Notes: generated by a model from the letters alone, not told the origin. Numbered from the stretch's first letter, positions 39,195-49,454 are shown. The stretch: 52,680 nt of DNA from Gemmatimonadales bacterium (GCA_035601435.1 DATNOH010000264.1:1-52680), one strand, 5' to 3'. Made by a program: numbers and translations.

Positions 39195-41291
39195 ATGCGC
39201 GTGTACAAGACACCGGAAATCCGCAACGTGGCGGTCGTCGGCCACGGCGCGAGTGGGAAGACCTCCCTGGTCGACGCCCTCGCGTTCGTGGCCGGGACGA
39301 GCAAGCGCCACGGATCCGTGAAGGACGGCACGGCCCTCACCGACTACACGCCCGACGAAATCGAACGCAAATACTCCATCAATCTCGCTCTCGCGGTCGC
39401 GGAGTGGATGGACGTGAAGCTCAACCTGATCGACACGCCGGGCTACCTCGACTTTACCGGTGAAGCGCTGGCGGGCGTGTACGCGGCGGATGGGGCCGTG
39501 GTGGTCGTCTCCGCCACGGGCGGCGTCGAAGTGGGCACGGAAAAAGTCTGGGACTACTGCGAAAAACGGGAGATCCCGCGCCTGTTCTTCGTCTCGCTGA
39601 TGGACAAGGAGCACGCCGACTTCGAGAAGGTCTACACCCAGATCAAGGAGCGGCTCACTCCCAAGGTGATCCCCGTGGAAATCCCGGTGGGCGAAGGCCC
39701 CGAGTTCCACGGGATCATCAACCTGTTCTCGAAGCAGTGCCACCTGTACAAGAAGGGCACGAAGGCCGGCGAGTACGAGGAAGGGGACGTGCCGCCCGAG
39801 TATCGGGAACGGTTCGAGCGCTACTCCAAGGAGCTGATCGAGCGGATCGCCGAAACGGACGATACACTGCTTGAGCGGTACCTGGGTGGTGAAGAAATCG
39901 GGCGGGACGAGGCGATCGCCGCCATGAAGGCGGGGATGCTGAAGGGCGAGCTGTTTCCGCTGTTCTGCGGCGCCGCCGACCTGACCTACGGGACGCGCGC
40001 CCTGCTGTCGAAGCTCGTGGAGCTGATCCCCGCGCCCAACGAGCGGCCGCCCATGGAGGCGCAGCGCTGGGGCAGCGCGGAGCGGGTGACCCTCAAGTCC
40101 GAGGACGCGGGGCGGTTTGTGGCACAGGTCTTCAAGACGATCTCCGAGCCGCATGTGGGCGACGTGACGTTTTTCCGGGTGTACTCGGGGACCGTCAAGA
40201 ACGGGCAGGACGTGTACAACGCGCCGCGCGAAGCGGTCGAGAAACTGAACCACCTGTGCGTGACGGTGGGGAAGGAGCGGATCGAAATTCCCGAGCTGCA
40301 CGCGGGGGACATCGGCGTGGTGGCCAAGCTGCGAGACACGCACACCAACGACACGCTCTCGAGCAAGGACCACGCGATCGTGCTCCCCAAGATCCCGTTC
40401 CCGGAGCCGGTGATCACCGAGGCGATCGAGGTGAAGCAGCGGGGCGAAGAGGAAAAGCTCTCGAACGGGCTGCACAAGCTGCACGAGGAGGATCCCACGT
40501 TTCAGCACGAGTTCAACGGCGAGCTGGGGCAGACGCTGATCCGCGGGCTGGGGGAGCGTCACCTCGAGATCATTGTCGGAAGGCTGGCCCGCAAGTTCGG
40601 CGTGCATGCCGTGATCGGGAAGCCAAAGATCGCGTACCGCGAGACGTTCAAGGCGCGAGCCGAGGGGCAGGGCAAACACAAGAAGCAGACGGGCGGCCGC
40701 GGCCAGTACGGCGACTGCTGGATCCGGATCGCGCCCCTGCCTAGGGGGTCGGGCTTCCAGTTCGTGGACGAGATCGTAGGCGGGGTGATCCCGCGGCAGT
40801 ACATCCCGGCGGTCGAGCGCGGCATCCAGGAGGCGTCGGCGCGCGGCCCTGTGGCCGGCTATCCTGTCGTGGACTTCAAAGTGGAGCTGTACGACGGCTC
40901 CTATCACGACGTGGACTCGAACGAAATGTCGTTCAAGATGGCGGGCATCCTGGCATTCCGGAGCGTCAGTCCCAACTGCCGGCCGGTGCTGCTCGAGCCG
41001 ATCCTGGAGCTCGACGTGTCGACGCCGGACGACTACCAGGGCGCCGTGATGGGCGATCTGTCCTCGCGCCGGGGCCACATCCTCGGCACCGAGCCCGACG
41101 GCCGCTTGGTGAAGGTCAAGGCGCTCGTCCCCGAGGCCGAGCTGGACCGCTATGCCACGACGCTGCACTCGATCACGCATGGACGCGGCACGTATCGGTC
41201 GAAGTTCCACGTATACCAGGAGGTCCCGCCCGACGCCGCGCAGAAGGTGGCCGAGGTCCGGAAAAAGGAGCTGGAGGAGGCGAAGGCCTAG
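39195..41291 (+). CDS. Elongation factor G paralogue (EF-G2-like translational GTPase)
   Basis: 698 aa. G1 GHGASGKTS, G3 DTPGYLDF, and EF-G domains II-V recognisable (e.g. GDVTFFRVYSGTV, GGRGQYGDCWI, VDSNEMSFKMAG). Not in the rpsL-rpsG-fusA context. Confidence 0.9.
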   Translation: MRVYKTPEIRNVAVVGHGASGKTSLVDALAFVAGTSKRHGSVKDGTALTDYTPDEIERKYSINLALAVAEWMDVKLNLIDTPGYLDFTGEALAGVYAADGAVVVVSATGGVEVGTEKVWDYCEKREIPRLFFVSLMDKEHADFEKVYTQIKERLTPKVIPVEIPVGEGPEFHGIINLFSKQCHLYKKGTKAGEYEEGDVPPEYRERFERYSKELIERIAETDDTLLERYLGGEEIGRDEAIAAMKAGMLKGELFPLFCGAADLTYGTRALLSKLVELIPAPNERPPMEAQRWGSAERVTLKSEDAGRFVAQVFKTISEPHVGDVTFFRVYSGTVKNGQDVYNAPREAVEKLNHLCVTVGKERIEIPELHAGDIGVVAKLRDTHTNDTLSSKDHAIVLPKIPFPEPVITEAIEVKQRGEEEKLSNGLHKLHEEDPTFQHEFNGELGQTLIRGLGERHLEIIVGRLARKFGVHAVIGKPKIAYRETFKARAEGQGKHKKQTGGRGQYGDCWIRIAPLPRGSGFQFVDEIVGGVIPRQYIPAVERGIQEASARGPVAGYPVVDFKVELYDGSYHDVDSNEMSFKMAGILAFRSVSPNCRPVLLEPILELDVSTPDDYQGAVMGDLSSRRGHILGTEPDGRLVKVKALVPEAELDRYATTLHSITHGRGTYRSKFHVYQEVPPDAAQKVAEVRKKELEEAKA

Positions 41292-41309
41292 CGGGGTAGA
41301 AAGGGACCC

Positions 41310-42311
41310 ATGAAAACCACACTGCTCTGCCTGCTGATTGTCGCCCTCGGCGCCGCATGCCTCCAACGCGCGGACCGTGCACCACCGGCGTCGGACACGT
41401 CTGCGGTGCGCGAGACGACCGCCACCCCATCCCCCGCGACCCCCGCGCCGGCCGCGGCGCCCGCGGCCGCACCGGCTCCCGGCGCGACGAAGCTGGCCGT
41501 GGTGGAGGGGTTTCTCACGCCGGAATCCGTGCTGCACGACCCGGTGCAGGACATCTACTTCGTCTCGAACATCAACGGCGGTCCCACAGCGAAGGACAAC
41601 AACGGATTCATCAGCCGGGTACGGCCAGACGGCGCTGTCGAGAACCTCAAGTTCATCGAGGGGGGCCATGGCGGCGCGACCCTCAACGCCCCGAAGGGGC
41701 TGGCCATCCGCGGGGACACGCTGTGGGTAGCGGACATCGACATGGTGCGCTCGTTCGACGCGAAGACCGGCGCCCCGAGGGACAGCGTGAGCCTGGCCGG
41801 TCTGGGCGCGGTATTCCTGAACGACATCGCGATCGCGCAGACCGGCGCGCTGTACATCACCGACACCGGCATTCGGTTCGACGACGTGGGCAACATGCTC
41901 CACCCCGGCCCCGATAGGATCTTCCGGATCGGCTCGGACCGGCAAGTGACCGTGGCGGTGCGGGGCGACACGCTGGGCCGGCCGAACGGGATCACGCTGG
42001 ACTCAGTGGGCAAGCGGTTCATCGTCGTGCAATTCGGCGGGCGCTCGGTGCTGGCGTGGAAGCCGGGCGACAAGGCGCCGAGCGTGATCGCCAAAGGTCC
42101 GGGCGGGTTCGACGGTGTGGAGATCGCCGGGAGCAGGCTGTTGGTCTCGAGCTGGAGCGACTCGACGGTGTCGAGCTACGAGACCGGCCAAGAGGTGAAG
42201 GTGATCACCGGCGTGCCCAGCCCGGCGGACATCGGCTACGACGCCAAGCGCAAGCGCGTACTGATCCCGGTCTTCTCAGGGAACCGCGTGGAGATCTGGC
42301 AGCTGCCCTGA
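41310..42311 (+). CDS. Lipoprotein with a beta-propeller (SMP-30/gluconolactonase/NHL-like) domain
   Basis: 333 aa. Lipobox LGAAC. Pro/Ala-rich linker. Repeated blade-like segments (LWVADID, LYITDTG, PNGITLD, FDGVEI, PADIGYD). Confidence 0.75.
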   Translation: MKTTLLCLLIVALGAACLQRADRAPPASDTSAVRETTATPSPATPAPAAAPAAAPAPGATKLAVVEGFLTPESVLHDPVQDIYFVSNINGGPTAKDNNGFISRVRPDGAVENLKFIEGGHGGATLNAPKGLAIRGDTLWVADIDMVRSFDAKTGAPRDSVSLAGLGAVFLNDIAIAQTGALYITDTGIRFDDVGNMLHPGPDRIFRIGSDRQVTVAVRGDTLGRPNGITLDSVGKRFIVVQFGGRSVLAWKPGDKAPSVIAKGPGGFDGVEIAGSRLLVSSWSDSTVSSYETGQEVKVITGVPSPADIGYDAKRKRVLIPVFSGNRVEIWQLP

Positions 42312-43298
42312 GCCGGCGACCGCCAGCACCGCAGCGCCTCTCACCTTCCCCGCCCTCAGCCGCTCGAGCGCTTCGTTCGCGCGCTCGAGCGCGTACGGCT
42401 CGATCTCGGTTCGCACGGGGACCCGCGGCGCCAGCGCCAGAAATTCCTCGCCGTCCTGCCGCGTGAGGTTCGCGACCGACCGGATGACCCGCTCTCCCCA
42501 CAGGATCTCGTAGGGGAACGACGGGACATCGCTCATGTGGATTCCCGCGCAGACCACCGTGCCGCCTTTCGCAACCGCGCGCAGCGCGGCCGGAACCAGG
42601 GCGCCTACGGGAGCGAAGACGATCGCGGCGTCGAGCGGCTCGGGAGGCTGGGCGTCCGACGGGCCCGCCCATTCGGCCCCGAGCTGCCGGGCGAACTGCT
42701 GTGCCTCGGTGTCTACGGCACGCGTGAACGCGAACACGCGCCGTCCCTGGTAGCGCGCCACCTGCGCCACGATGTGCGCCGCCGCGCCGAAGCCGTACAG
42801 CCCGAGCCGTCCCACGTCGCCTGCGGCGACGAGCGAGCGGTATCCGATGAGGCCGGCGCACAAGAGCGGCGCCGCTCCGAGGTCCGAATACCCGTCGGGA
42901 ACGGGGAACACGAAGCGCGCGTCCGCCACGCTGTACTCCGCGTAGCCGCCGTCGATCTGGTAGCCGGTAAAGCGCGCGCGGTCGCACAGGTTCTCACGTC
43001 CGGCGCGGCAATAGCTGCACTCCCCGCAGCTCCAGCCCAGCCACGGAACCCCGACTCGCTGTCCTGTTGTGAACCGATCGACGCCTGCGCCAATCCTCGC
43101 GACCGTGCCGACGATCTCGTGGCCCAGGACGAGGGGCAGCTTGGGATTGGGGAGCTCGCCGTCGCAGACGTGCAGGTCGGTACGGCACACGCCGCAGGCT
43201 TTAACGGCGAGGAGAACCTGGCCGGGGCCGGGGTCGGGAATCGCGGTCTCGGCGAGCCGCAACGGGCGGCGCGGTGCGTCGAGCAGGATCGCTCGCAT
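42276..43298 (-). CDS. Zinc-dependent alcohol dehydrogenase (MDR family)
   Basis: 340 aa. GVCRTDLH, GHEIVG, and the structural-Zn cluster CGECSYCRAGRENLC. Its 3' end overlaps the convergent lipoprotein gene by 36 nt. Confidence 0.9.
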   Translation of the reverse strand: MRAILLDAPRRPLRLAETAIPDPGPGQVLLAVKACGVCRTDLHVCDGELPNPKLPLVLGHEIVGTVARIGAGVDRFTTGQRVGVPWLGWSCGECSYCRAGRENLCDRARFTGYQIDGGYAEYSVADARFVFPVPDGYSDLGAAPLLCAGLIGYRSLVAAGDVGRLGLYGFGAAAHIVAQVARYQGRRVFAFTRAVDTEAQQFARQLGAEWAGPSDAQPPEPLDAAIVFAPVGALVPAALRAVAKGGTVVCAGIHMSDVPSFPYEILWGERVIRSVANLTRQDGEEFLALAPRVPVRTEIEPYALERANEALERLRAGKVRGAAVLAVAGSGQLPDLHAVP

Positions 43299-43361
43299 GC
43301 GGTTGAAACCTACGAGCCAGGAGATCGGGCTGAAGCCGTCCGTCAGCCCCTTCGTCGCTCC

Positions 43362-45797
43362 TCAGTGCCAGCTCTCCATTTTCACGTCTGCCAGGACCGA
43401 TGCGACCGGGTTGAGTTCGAGCTTCGTCGGCTCTGCGGGCACCTGCAGCTCCGCCTCAGCCACTAGTCCGCGCACCACCACGCGAATAGTCACGTGGCCC
43501 CCGCTCGCGAGCTCGATGGTCAGGGGCACGGGCATCACGAACTCCTTCGGCACGTCTTCCTGCCGGACCCGCACCTTCAGCAGGTACTGGCTGTTCGACG
43601 TCCGCTCGGCGTGCCATGAGAGGACGTACGTTGGAATCGACGTGCCGTTCACCCACTCATCGAAGAACCAGTCCATCGGCTGATCGAGGTGCCGCTCCAC
43701 AACCCGCTGGAAGTCGCGTGTGGACGCCGAGCGGCTGCGATACTGTTGGTAGAAGTCCTGCATCATCGTCGCAAACGCGTCTTCCTTCATGGTGCGGAAG
43801 TCGATCATCATGTTCCGCAGCATCTGCAGCACCCACGCCCCTTTTCGGTAGATCATGAGGGAGTAGTCCTCGGGATGATCCGTACCTATGAGGCGAGTGC
43901 CCAGACCGATCGGCGCGATGTCCCCACGTCTCGCCCGGATGTCTCTGCGCCAGTCGTCGAGTTGCTTGAAGAACTTCTCGTTGTTCTTGAGGAATAATTG
44001 CATGTACCAGAGGCCCGAGAAGTCGGCGAACCCCTCGGACAGCCACGCGTCCCGGTAGGTTGCGACGTCGACACCGATGCCCCACCATTGGTGTGCCATC
44101 TCGTGGGCGCGGAACGTTTCCTCCGTGCCGCTTTCGTTAACCGTCTGGAAGGTCGCCAACGACAGATAGATCAGGCCTGGGAACGCTTGACCGTAACCGT
44201 ACGGGATTTCCGTGGCGTAGAACCGGTGGGAGAGCGGCGGTCCGAACGCCTGCGAAAAGAAGCCGAGGCTGTTCACCACGTCCGCGCTCACGTCCTCTTC
44301 GGGATTGAGTCCCCCGAAGAAGCCCGCCGCCCGGAGCGCGCGATGGCCCTCGCTGTTCACCTGTACCGTGACCGGGGGGATCCGCGGATCTCGAATCTCC
44401 GACTCGTCGAATGCCCCCACATTGAACGATGCCTCCGCGACGGGCCGCTCCGAGACCCAGTGTGTCGTCTGGACGTCGCCGTCCGTCCGCACTCCCACGA
44501 GCCGTCCGATGCTCGCGAGGCGATAGCGGCTGGGGGTGTGGAAGGTCAGGTCCATGTCGGCGGGCTGCAACGCGCCGTATGTCGAGCGGCCCAACCGCGG
44601 GAACCACGTGTTCGGATCTCTCATGAAATACCACTGGCTGGTCCCGACTGGGTTACCGACGATCGGGGTGCCTCGCGGCGGGCCACGAGGCGTGAAGATG
44701 CGGCTTTGAACGGTTGGCCGCCCAAGCGTACCAAATGTGATCAGGTCCCCGTGGTACACGACCCTGATCGACCGCTTCTCGCCCGCCTGCAGCGACGCCG
44801 AGAACCGCACCCAGAGCTCGGGACTCTTGCTGGCGCGGAAGAAGGTGTCCACCGCTCCCGTCTCATCCACCACCGAGTCGACTTCGAGCTCCTTGAACAG
44901 GTTGAAGCGCGCCCAGCGTACACCGGCGCGCCGCGCCGAAACGCGCACGGTTGCCGCCGCGGCAAAGCCCAGGCTCTTCCCGATGGTCGCCTCAATCCGA
45001 TACGCCTCGAGGTTCAGGGGATTCCGATCGCCGTCGGAGGCGGGCACGCTGTCTCCGAGGTGAGCGGCGTCGGGGAACTGGCATATGGTCTGCGTCTTCT
45101 GTCCCTCCAGTCGGCCCCCGCGGAGCAAGAGGACTGGCTCCCCCTCTTGAGGGTCGAGTTCGAACATCAGGTCCTCGCCGTTCTCCCGTTTCACGTACGC
45201 ATAGAAGAACCCGTTCGCGTCGCCGTTCAAGAGCGCGGACATGAGGGTCGGCTGAGCGGAGCGGATGCGGCCCTCGACGAGGTGGTCGACGGCGTCGCCC
45301 ACGGGACCGGCGGCCGGACGAGGACCGGCGTTCGCGCCGAACGTCAGCCGGCGCTCGAGCTCGGTCACCGTCGAGTCCGCGAACACGAAGGCGACCGTGG
45401 AGACTCGTACGTCGAGCGCGGAATCGCCGAGTACCCGCTTCAATTGCGCTCGCTCGATATCCCAGGGCGGCGCAAACGACACGGAGCCGCGGCCGACGAA
45501 CAACGCGCCCACCGTTCGACCCGCGACTGGACTGAGGAGGTAAAGTTCTCCCTGATCGAGGTGGAAGTGGATCGCGTCCCGCTGCAGTACGAAATCGTGC
45601 ACAGCCGCAACGCGATCGCCGCGTGGGGCCAAGCTCCGCAACTGATCGAACAGGGACCCGTAGGCGTCCGCAGGCCCACGCCCGACCACCGTCGGCGATG
45701 GCGCGGCTCCCGTGTCGGGGCGCTGCGTGTGGCCTGGGACGAGGGGACTTGAGAGCAACAAGCAGGCGAGGATGAGCCTGAACGAGGACGGGGTCAC
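43362..45797 (-). CDS. M1-family zinc metallopeptidase (aminopeptidase N-like), secreted
   Basis: 811 aa with a signal peptide. HEMAHQWWG...WLSEGFA is the HExxH-E18 gluzincin motif. Confidence 0.85.
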   Translation of the reverse strand: MTPSSFRLILACLLLSSPLVPGHTQRPDTGAAPSPTVVGRGPADAYGSLFDQLRSLAPRGDRVAAVHDFVLQRDAIHFHLDQGELYLLSPVAGRTVGALFVGRGSVSFAPPWDIERAQLKRVLGDSALDVRVSTVAFVFADSTVTELERRLTFGANAGPRPAAGPVGDAVDHLVEGRIRSAQPTLMSALLNGDANGFFYAYVKRENGEDLMFELDPQEGEPVLLLRGGRLEGQKTQTICQFPDAAHLGDSVPASDGDRNPLNLEAYRIEATIGKSLGFAAAATVRVSARRAGVRWARFNLFKELEVDSVVDETGAVDTFFRASKSPELWVRFSASLQAGEKRSIRVVYHGDLITFGTLGRPTVQSRIFTPRGPPRGTPIVGNPVGTSQWYFMRDPNTWFPRLGRSTYGALQPADMDLTFHTPSRYRLASIGRLVGVRTDGDVQTTHWVSERPVAEASFNVGAFDESEIRDPRIPPVTVQVNSEGHRALRAAGFFGGLNPEEDVSADVVNSLGFFSQAFGPPLSHRFYATEIPYGYGQAFPGLIYLSLATFQTVNESGTEETFRAHEMAHQWWGIGVDVATYRDAWLSEGFADFSGLWYMQLFLKNNEKFFKQLDDWRRDIRARRGDIAPIGLGTRLIGTDHPEDYSLMIYRKGAWVLQMLRNMMIDFRTMKEDAFATMMQDFYQQYRSRSASTRDFQRVVERHLDQPMDWFFDEWVNGTSIPTYVLSWHAERTSNSQYLLKVRVRQEDVPKEFVMPVPLTIELASGGHVTIRVVVRGLVAEAELQVPAEPTKLELNPVASVLADVKMESWH

Positions 45798-45874
45798 GCG
45801 ACGCTCTCCGATTCTCGACTTACGAAGAATGCTGCGTGTGGCAACGTCCCGCCAGCGCCAGCCTTAGCCGCATG

Positions 45875-48283
45875 CTACTCCCACCCTTCTTCCCTCACCT
45901 CCGCGAGCACCGATTCCAACGGGTTGAGCTCGAGCCGCTTGGGCTCCGCCGGCAGGTCCAGCGTCGCTTCGGTCAGCGGCCCGGTCACGCCCAGTCGCAC
46001 GAGCGCGTGCATCGTCGTGTCGACGAACGTGATCTTGAGAGGGACCGGCATCGTGAACTCCTTGGGGGCATCCTCCTGGCGCACGCGCACATGCAGCGTG
46101 TAATGGCCGGCCTGGCCTCCTTGGGTCGGCTCGGCATGCCACGAGAGCACATACGTGGGAATGGCCGTGCCATCGACCCACTCGTCGAAGAACCACTTCA
46201 TGTCCGTCTTCAGGTGCCGTTCGACCACCCGCTGGAAGTCCCGGGTAGACGCCCGGCGGCCGCGATACTGACCATAGAAGTCCCGCATCGTAGCGATAAA
46301 GGCGTCTTCCTGCATCGTGCGGAGGTTGAGCATGAGGTTCCGGAGCATGTGAAGCACCCAGGCACCCTTGTAATAAGTCGTGAGCCTCGAGTCGCGAACG
46401 TTCAGCTGCTCGGCTCGCCACCCGATGCCGATGGGCGGTGCGTCATTGCGTCGCCCGCGAAGCTCCCGGCGCCAGTGCTTGAGGTGCTTGAAGAACTTCT
46501 CGTTGTCCCCGAGCACGATCTGCATGTACCACAGCCCGGAGAATTCCGCGAATCCCTCGGCCAGCCAGCGATCGCGGTAGCTCGCAGGCTCGATCCCGAT
46601 GCCCCACCACTGGTGGGCCATCTCGTGGGCGCGGAGGATCTCGTCGTAGCCGCTGTCGCTCATCGCCTGGAACGTCCACACGGGCAGGTAGATGAGGCCC
46701 GGGAAGGCCTGCCCATAGTCGAACGGGATCTCGGCGGCGTAGTACCGGTCGAAGAGCGGGGGTCCGTAGATGCGCGTGAAGAACGCGAGGCTGTTCGCCA
46801 CGTCGGCGCCCACGTCCTGCTCCGGCGAGCGTTCCGAGAGGAACCCGCTCACGAATGCGTTAGACGCGCCGAGCTGGTCCCGCAACGCGAGAAAGAACTT
46901 GTCGAGCTGGCGATGTGCTTCGCCGTTCATGTGCACGGTCACCGGTGGTATGCGAGGGTCATTGATCTTGAATTCGTCCACCTCGCCGATGCTGAAGCAC
47001 ACTTGGTCGGCGGGCCGCGCCGTCACCCAGTGCGACGTCACCGCGCTCCCGTCGATATGGGAATCCACGAGCCGGCCGATGCTCGCGAGGTGGTACCGCT
47101 TCGGCGTGTGGAATGTGAGGTCCACGTCCGCCGTCTGCTGGCCATAGCGTGGGAACCAGCTGTATGAGGTCTTGACGTACAACCAGCGATCCGGCGCGGG
47201 TGGCAGCTGGCCCTTCACCCACCCTGGCCACTGTCGCGAGATGCCCTGAGTGATCGACGTATACCCGATGAGATCGCCGTGATACGCTACGCGGAGGGCC
47301 AGGGTATCTCCCACACGCGGCGCGGGATCGAACCGAACCCAGAGCTCCGACGTCTTGCTGGGCCGGAAGAAACTCACTGCCCTGCCGCCCTCTTCACGCA
47401 CCGAGTCCACGTCCAATTCCGCGAGGAGATCGAGGCGAGCCCAATGGACGCCGGCGCGTTGGGCGGTCAGCCTGGTCGTGGCTGTCGCCGAAAACCCCAG
47501 TCCGCCCGCGATGGTCGCCTCGATCCGATAGGCGTTGAGCTTGAGCGCGGCGCGCCGGGCCGGTTCCACGGTCGTCGTATCGTTCAGGTCCTCGGCGCGC
47601 CGAAACTCTGAGACGACCTGGATCTTCTCCCCCTCTCGGCCGCGGCGCAGCACGGCGACCTGCTCGGCGTCCGCGGGATCGACCACGAACATCAGATCTT
47701 CGCCGTGCTCGCGCTTGACGTGCGCGTAAAAAAAGCCGTCGCTATCCCCGTTCAGGAGGGCCGTGATGAGCGTGGGTTGCACGACGTGACGGCCGTCCAC
47801 CAGATGGTCGAGCGCGTCGCTCAGGACGCCCGAGGCCCGGTCCGCCACCCCGCCACCCCCGAAGGTGAGCTGCCGCCCGAGCTCGGCCAGGGTCGAGTCC
47901 GTGAACAGGAAGGCGGCGGTCGAGATGCGCGCGTTGAGCACCGAGTCGCCGAGCACGCGCTTCAGCTCCCTGCGCTCGATTGCAATCGGGGGCGCGAACG
48001 ACACGGACCCATGCCCCACGAAGATCGCGCCGAGGGTGCGGCCCGCGACGGGCGTCGCGAGGAAGAGCTGGCCATCTTCCAGATGAAATTCGATGACGTC
48101 GCGTCGCAGCGTGACATTCCGAATCGACGCGACACGCTCGCCTTGAGGCTGCATTTTGCGGAGCTCGTCGACCACGGGCTCGTAGCGCTCCGCAGCCGAG
48201 TCGGGTCGTTGCGCGCCGGCGAGGGCGAGCGGATGGCCGAGGCACAGCGACGCGGATATCGCGAGGAACACGGCAGGACCCAA
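45875..48283 (-). CDS. M1-family zinc metallopeptidase, paralogue of the downstream gene
   Basis: 802 aa with a signal peptide. HEMAHQWWG...WLAEGFA. Collinear similarity to 43362..45797 along the whole length. Confidence 0.85.
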   Translation of the reverse strand: MGPAVFLAISASLCLGHPLALAGAQRPDSAAERYEPVVDELRKMQPQGERVASIRNVTLRRDVIEFHLEDGQLFLATPVAGRTLGAIFVGHGSVSFAPPIAIERRELKRVLGDSVLNARISTAAFLFTDSTLAELGRQLTFGGGGVADRASGVLSDALDHLVDGRHVVQPTLITALLNGDSDGFFYAHVKREHGEDLMFVVDPADAEQVAVLRRGREGEKIQVVSEFRRAEDLNDTTTVEPARRAALKLNAYRIEATIAGGLGFSATATTRLTAQRAGVHWARLDLLAELDVDSVREEGGRAVSFFRPSKTSELWVRFDPAPRVGDTLALRVAYHGDLIGYTSITQGISRQWPGWVKGQLPPAPDRWLYVKTSYSWFPRYGQQTADVDLTFHTPKRYHLASIGRLVDSHIDGSAVTSHWVTARPADQVCFSIGEVDEFKINDPRIPPVTVHMNGEAHRQLDKFFLALRDQLGASNAFVSGFLSERSPEQDVGADVANSLAFFTRIYGPPLFDRYYAAEIPFDYGQAFPGLIYLPVWTFQAMSDSGYDEILRAHEMAHQWWGIGIEPASYRDRWLAEGFAEFSGLWYMQIVLGDNEKFFKHLKHWRRELRGRRNDAPPIGIGWRAEQLNVRDSRLTTYYKGAWVLHMLRNLMLNLRTMQEDAFIATMRDFYGQYRGRRASTRDFQRVVERHLKTDMKWFFDEWVDGTAIPTYVLSWHAEPTQGGQAGHYTLHVRVRQEDAPKEFTMPVPLKITFVDTTMHALVRLGVTGPLTEATLDLPAEPKRLELNPLESVLAEVREEGWE

Positions 48284-48350
48284 ACGGACCGCCCCGAGGG
48301 GGACTCGGGAAATGTGGCGTGGGTCCGTCGGTTCAGTGAGGGGTTGGCGG

Positions 48351-49454
48351 CTACCCCATCAGCACCGGTTCGAACTCGGTCGGTGGCTGAAGCTCGGCGC
48401 GATCCGGCTGCCGGTAGACGTATCGCTTACCTGCGTAATTCCTGAGCACCACCGCATCGTCGCTGATCGACTCCACGTACTCCGGTAGCAGCGGGATCTT
48501 TCCACCGCCTCCTGGCGCGTCGATCACGAAGTGCGGCACCGCGAGCCCCGAGGTCCAGCCGCGCAGTGCCCTGATGATCTCCAGGCCCTTCTCGACCGTC
48601 GTGCGGAAGTGCTCCGCGCCCGCCACCTGGTCGCACATGTAGATGTAGTACGGCCGCACCCGCGCGGCGAGCAGCTTTTGCATCAGCCGCTTCATCACCT
48701 CGGCATCGTCGTTCACGCCCCTCAGGAGCACCGTCTGGCAGCCGAGCGGGATGCCGGCGTCTGCAAGGCGGCCGAGGGCTGCCACCGCCGCGGGCGTCAG
48801 CTCGTCGGGGTGATTGAAATGCGTGTTGATGTAGAGCGGATGATAGCGCTTCAGAATGGCGCACAGCTCCGGCGTGATCCGCTCGGGGAGATGACAGGGC
48901 ACCCGGCTGCCGATGCGGAGGACCTCGAGATGCGGGATGGCCCGCAGGCGCCTGCACAGCTCGTCGATGCGCCGGTCGGAGAGCAGCAGCGGATCTCCGC
49001 CCGACATGATCACGTCGCGGATCTCGACGTGCTCCTCGAGGTAGCGGAACGCCGACTCGAGCTGCGCCATGGGGATCTTTTCCGGGTCGCCCACTTTGCG
49101 CCGGCGCGTGCAGAAGCGGCAATATGCGGCGCACACGGGCGACACGAGGAACAGCGCGCGGTCGGGGTAGCGGTGGGTGATGTTGGGCACCGGCGAGTTG
49201 GCGTCCTCGGCCAGCGAGTCCACCAGGCCGTCGTGCACCTCGAGCTCCTGCAGGTCGGGCACGTACTGACGCCAGATGGGGTCGCCCGGCGACTTGATGA
49301 GGTCCACCATCGCGGGGGAAATCCGGAATTCGAAATCCTCCGCCGCCTGCCGCAGCCGGTCGAGGTCGGGAAAGTGCTCGGCGCCGAACCGGGCGACGAG
49401 CGCTTCGAGCGAGGCGATGCTCTGCTTACGCAGTAGCTGTTGCCAAGACTCCAT
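48351..49454 (-). CDS. KamA-family radical SAM enzyme (lysine 2,3-aminomutase-like)
   Basis: 367 aa. CAAYCRFCTRRR is the CxxxCxxC cluster in its KamA context. IRDVIMSGGDPL and LGCQTVLLRGVNDD are present. Confidence 0.9.
   Translation of the reverse strand: MESWQQLLRKQSIASLEALVARFGAEHFPDLDRLRQAAEDFEFRISPAMVDLIKSPGDPIWRQYVPDLQELEVHDGLVDSLAEDANSPVPNITHRYPDRALFLVSPVCAAYCRFCTRRRKVGDPEKIPMAQLESAFRYLEEHVEIRDVIMSGGDPLLLSDRRIDELCRRLRAIPHLEVLRIGSRVPCHLPERITPELCAILKRYHPLYINTHFNHPDELTPAAVAALGRLADAGIPLGCQTVLLRGVNDDAEVMKRLMQKLLAARVRPYYIYMCDQVAGAEHFRTTVEKGLEIIRALRGWTSGLAVPHFVIDAPGGGGKIPLLPEYVESISDDAVVLRNYAGKRYVYRQPDRAELQPPTEFEPVLMG

Noticed and set aside
39132-41945. 937-aa minus-strand ORF, the longest in the window
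   Set aside because: Antisense to the EF-G paralogue and the lipoprotein gene. Low-complexity Arg/Gly/Val composition (e.g. RGRRGRRGGRGGWGGG). No recognisable domain.
42276-42311. 36-nt overlap of convergent gene 3' ends (lipoprotein and ADH); similarly 16680-16690 and 6487-6496
   Set aside because: The ADH conserved core ends before the overlap. The tails are probably just read-through to the first stop in GC-rich DNA. There is no evidence of a functional antisense arrangement.
43998-47167. Long + strand ORFs (43998..45752 and 45836..47167)
   Set aside because: Both are antisense to the two M1 peptidase genes, which carry HEMAHQWWG motifs and signal peptides. Their composition is Arg/Glu/Val noise.
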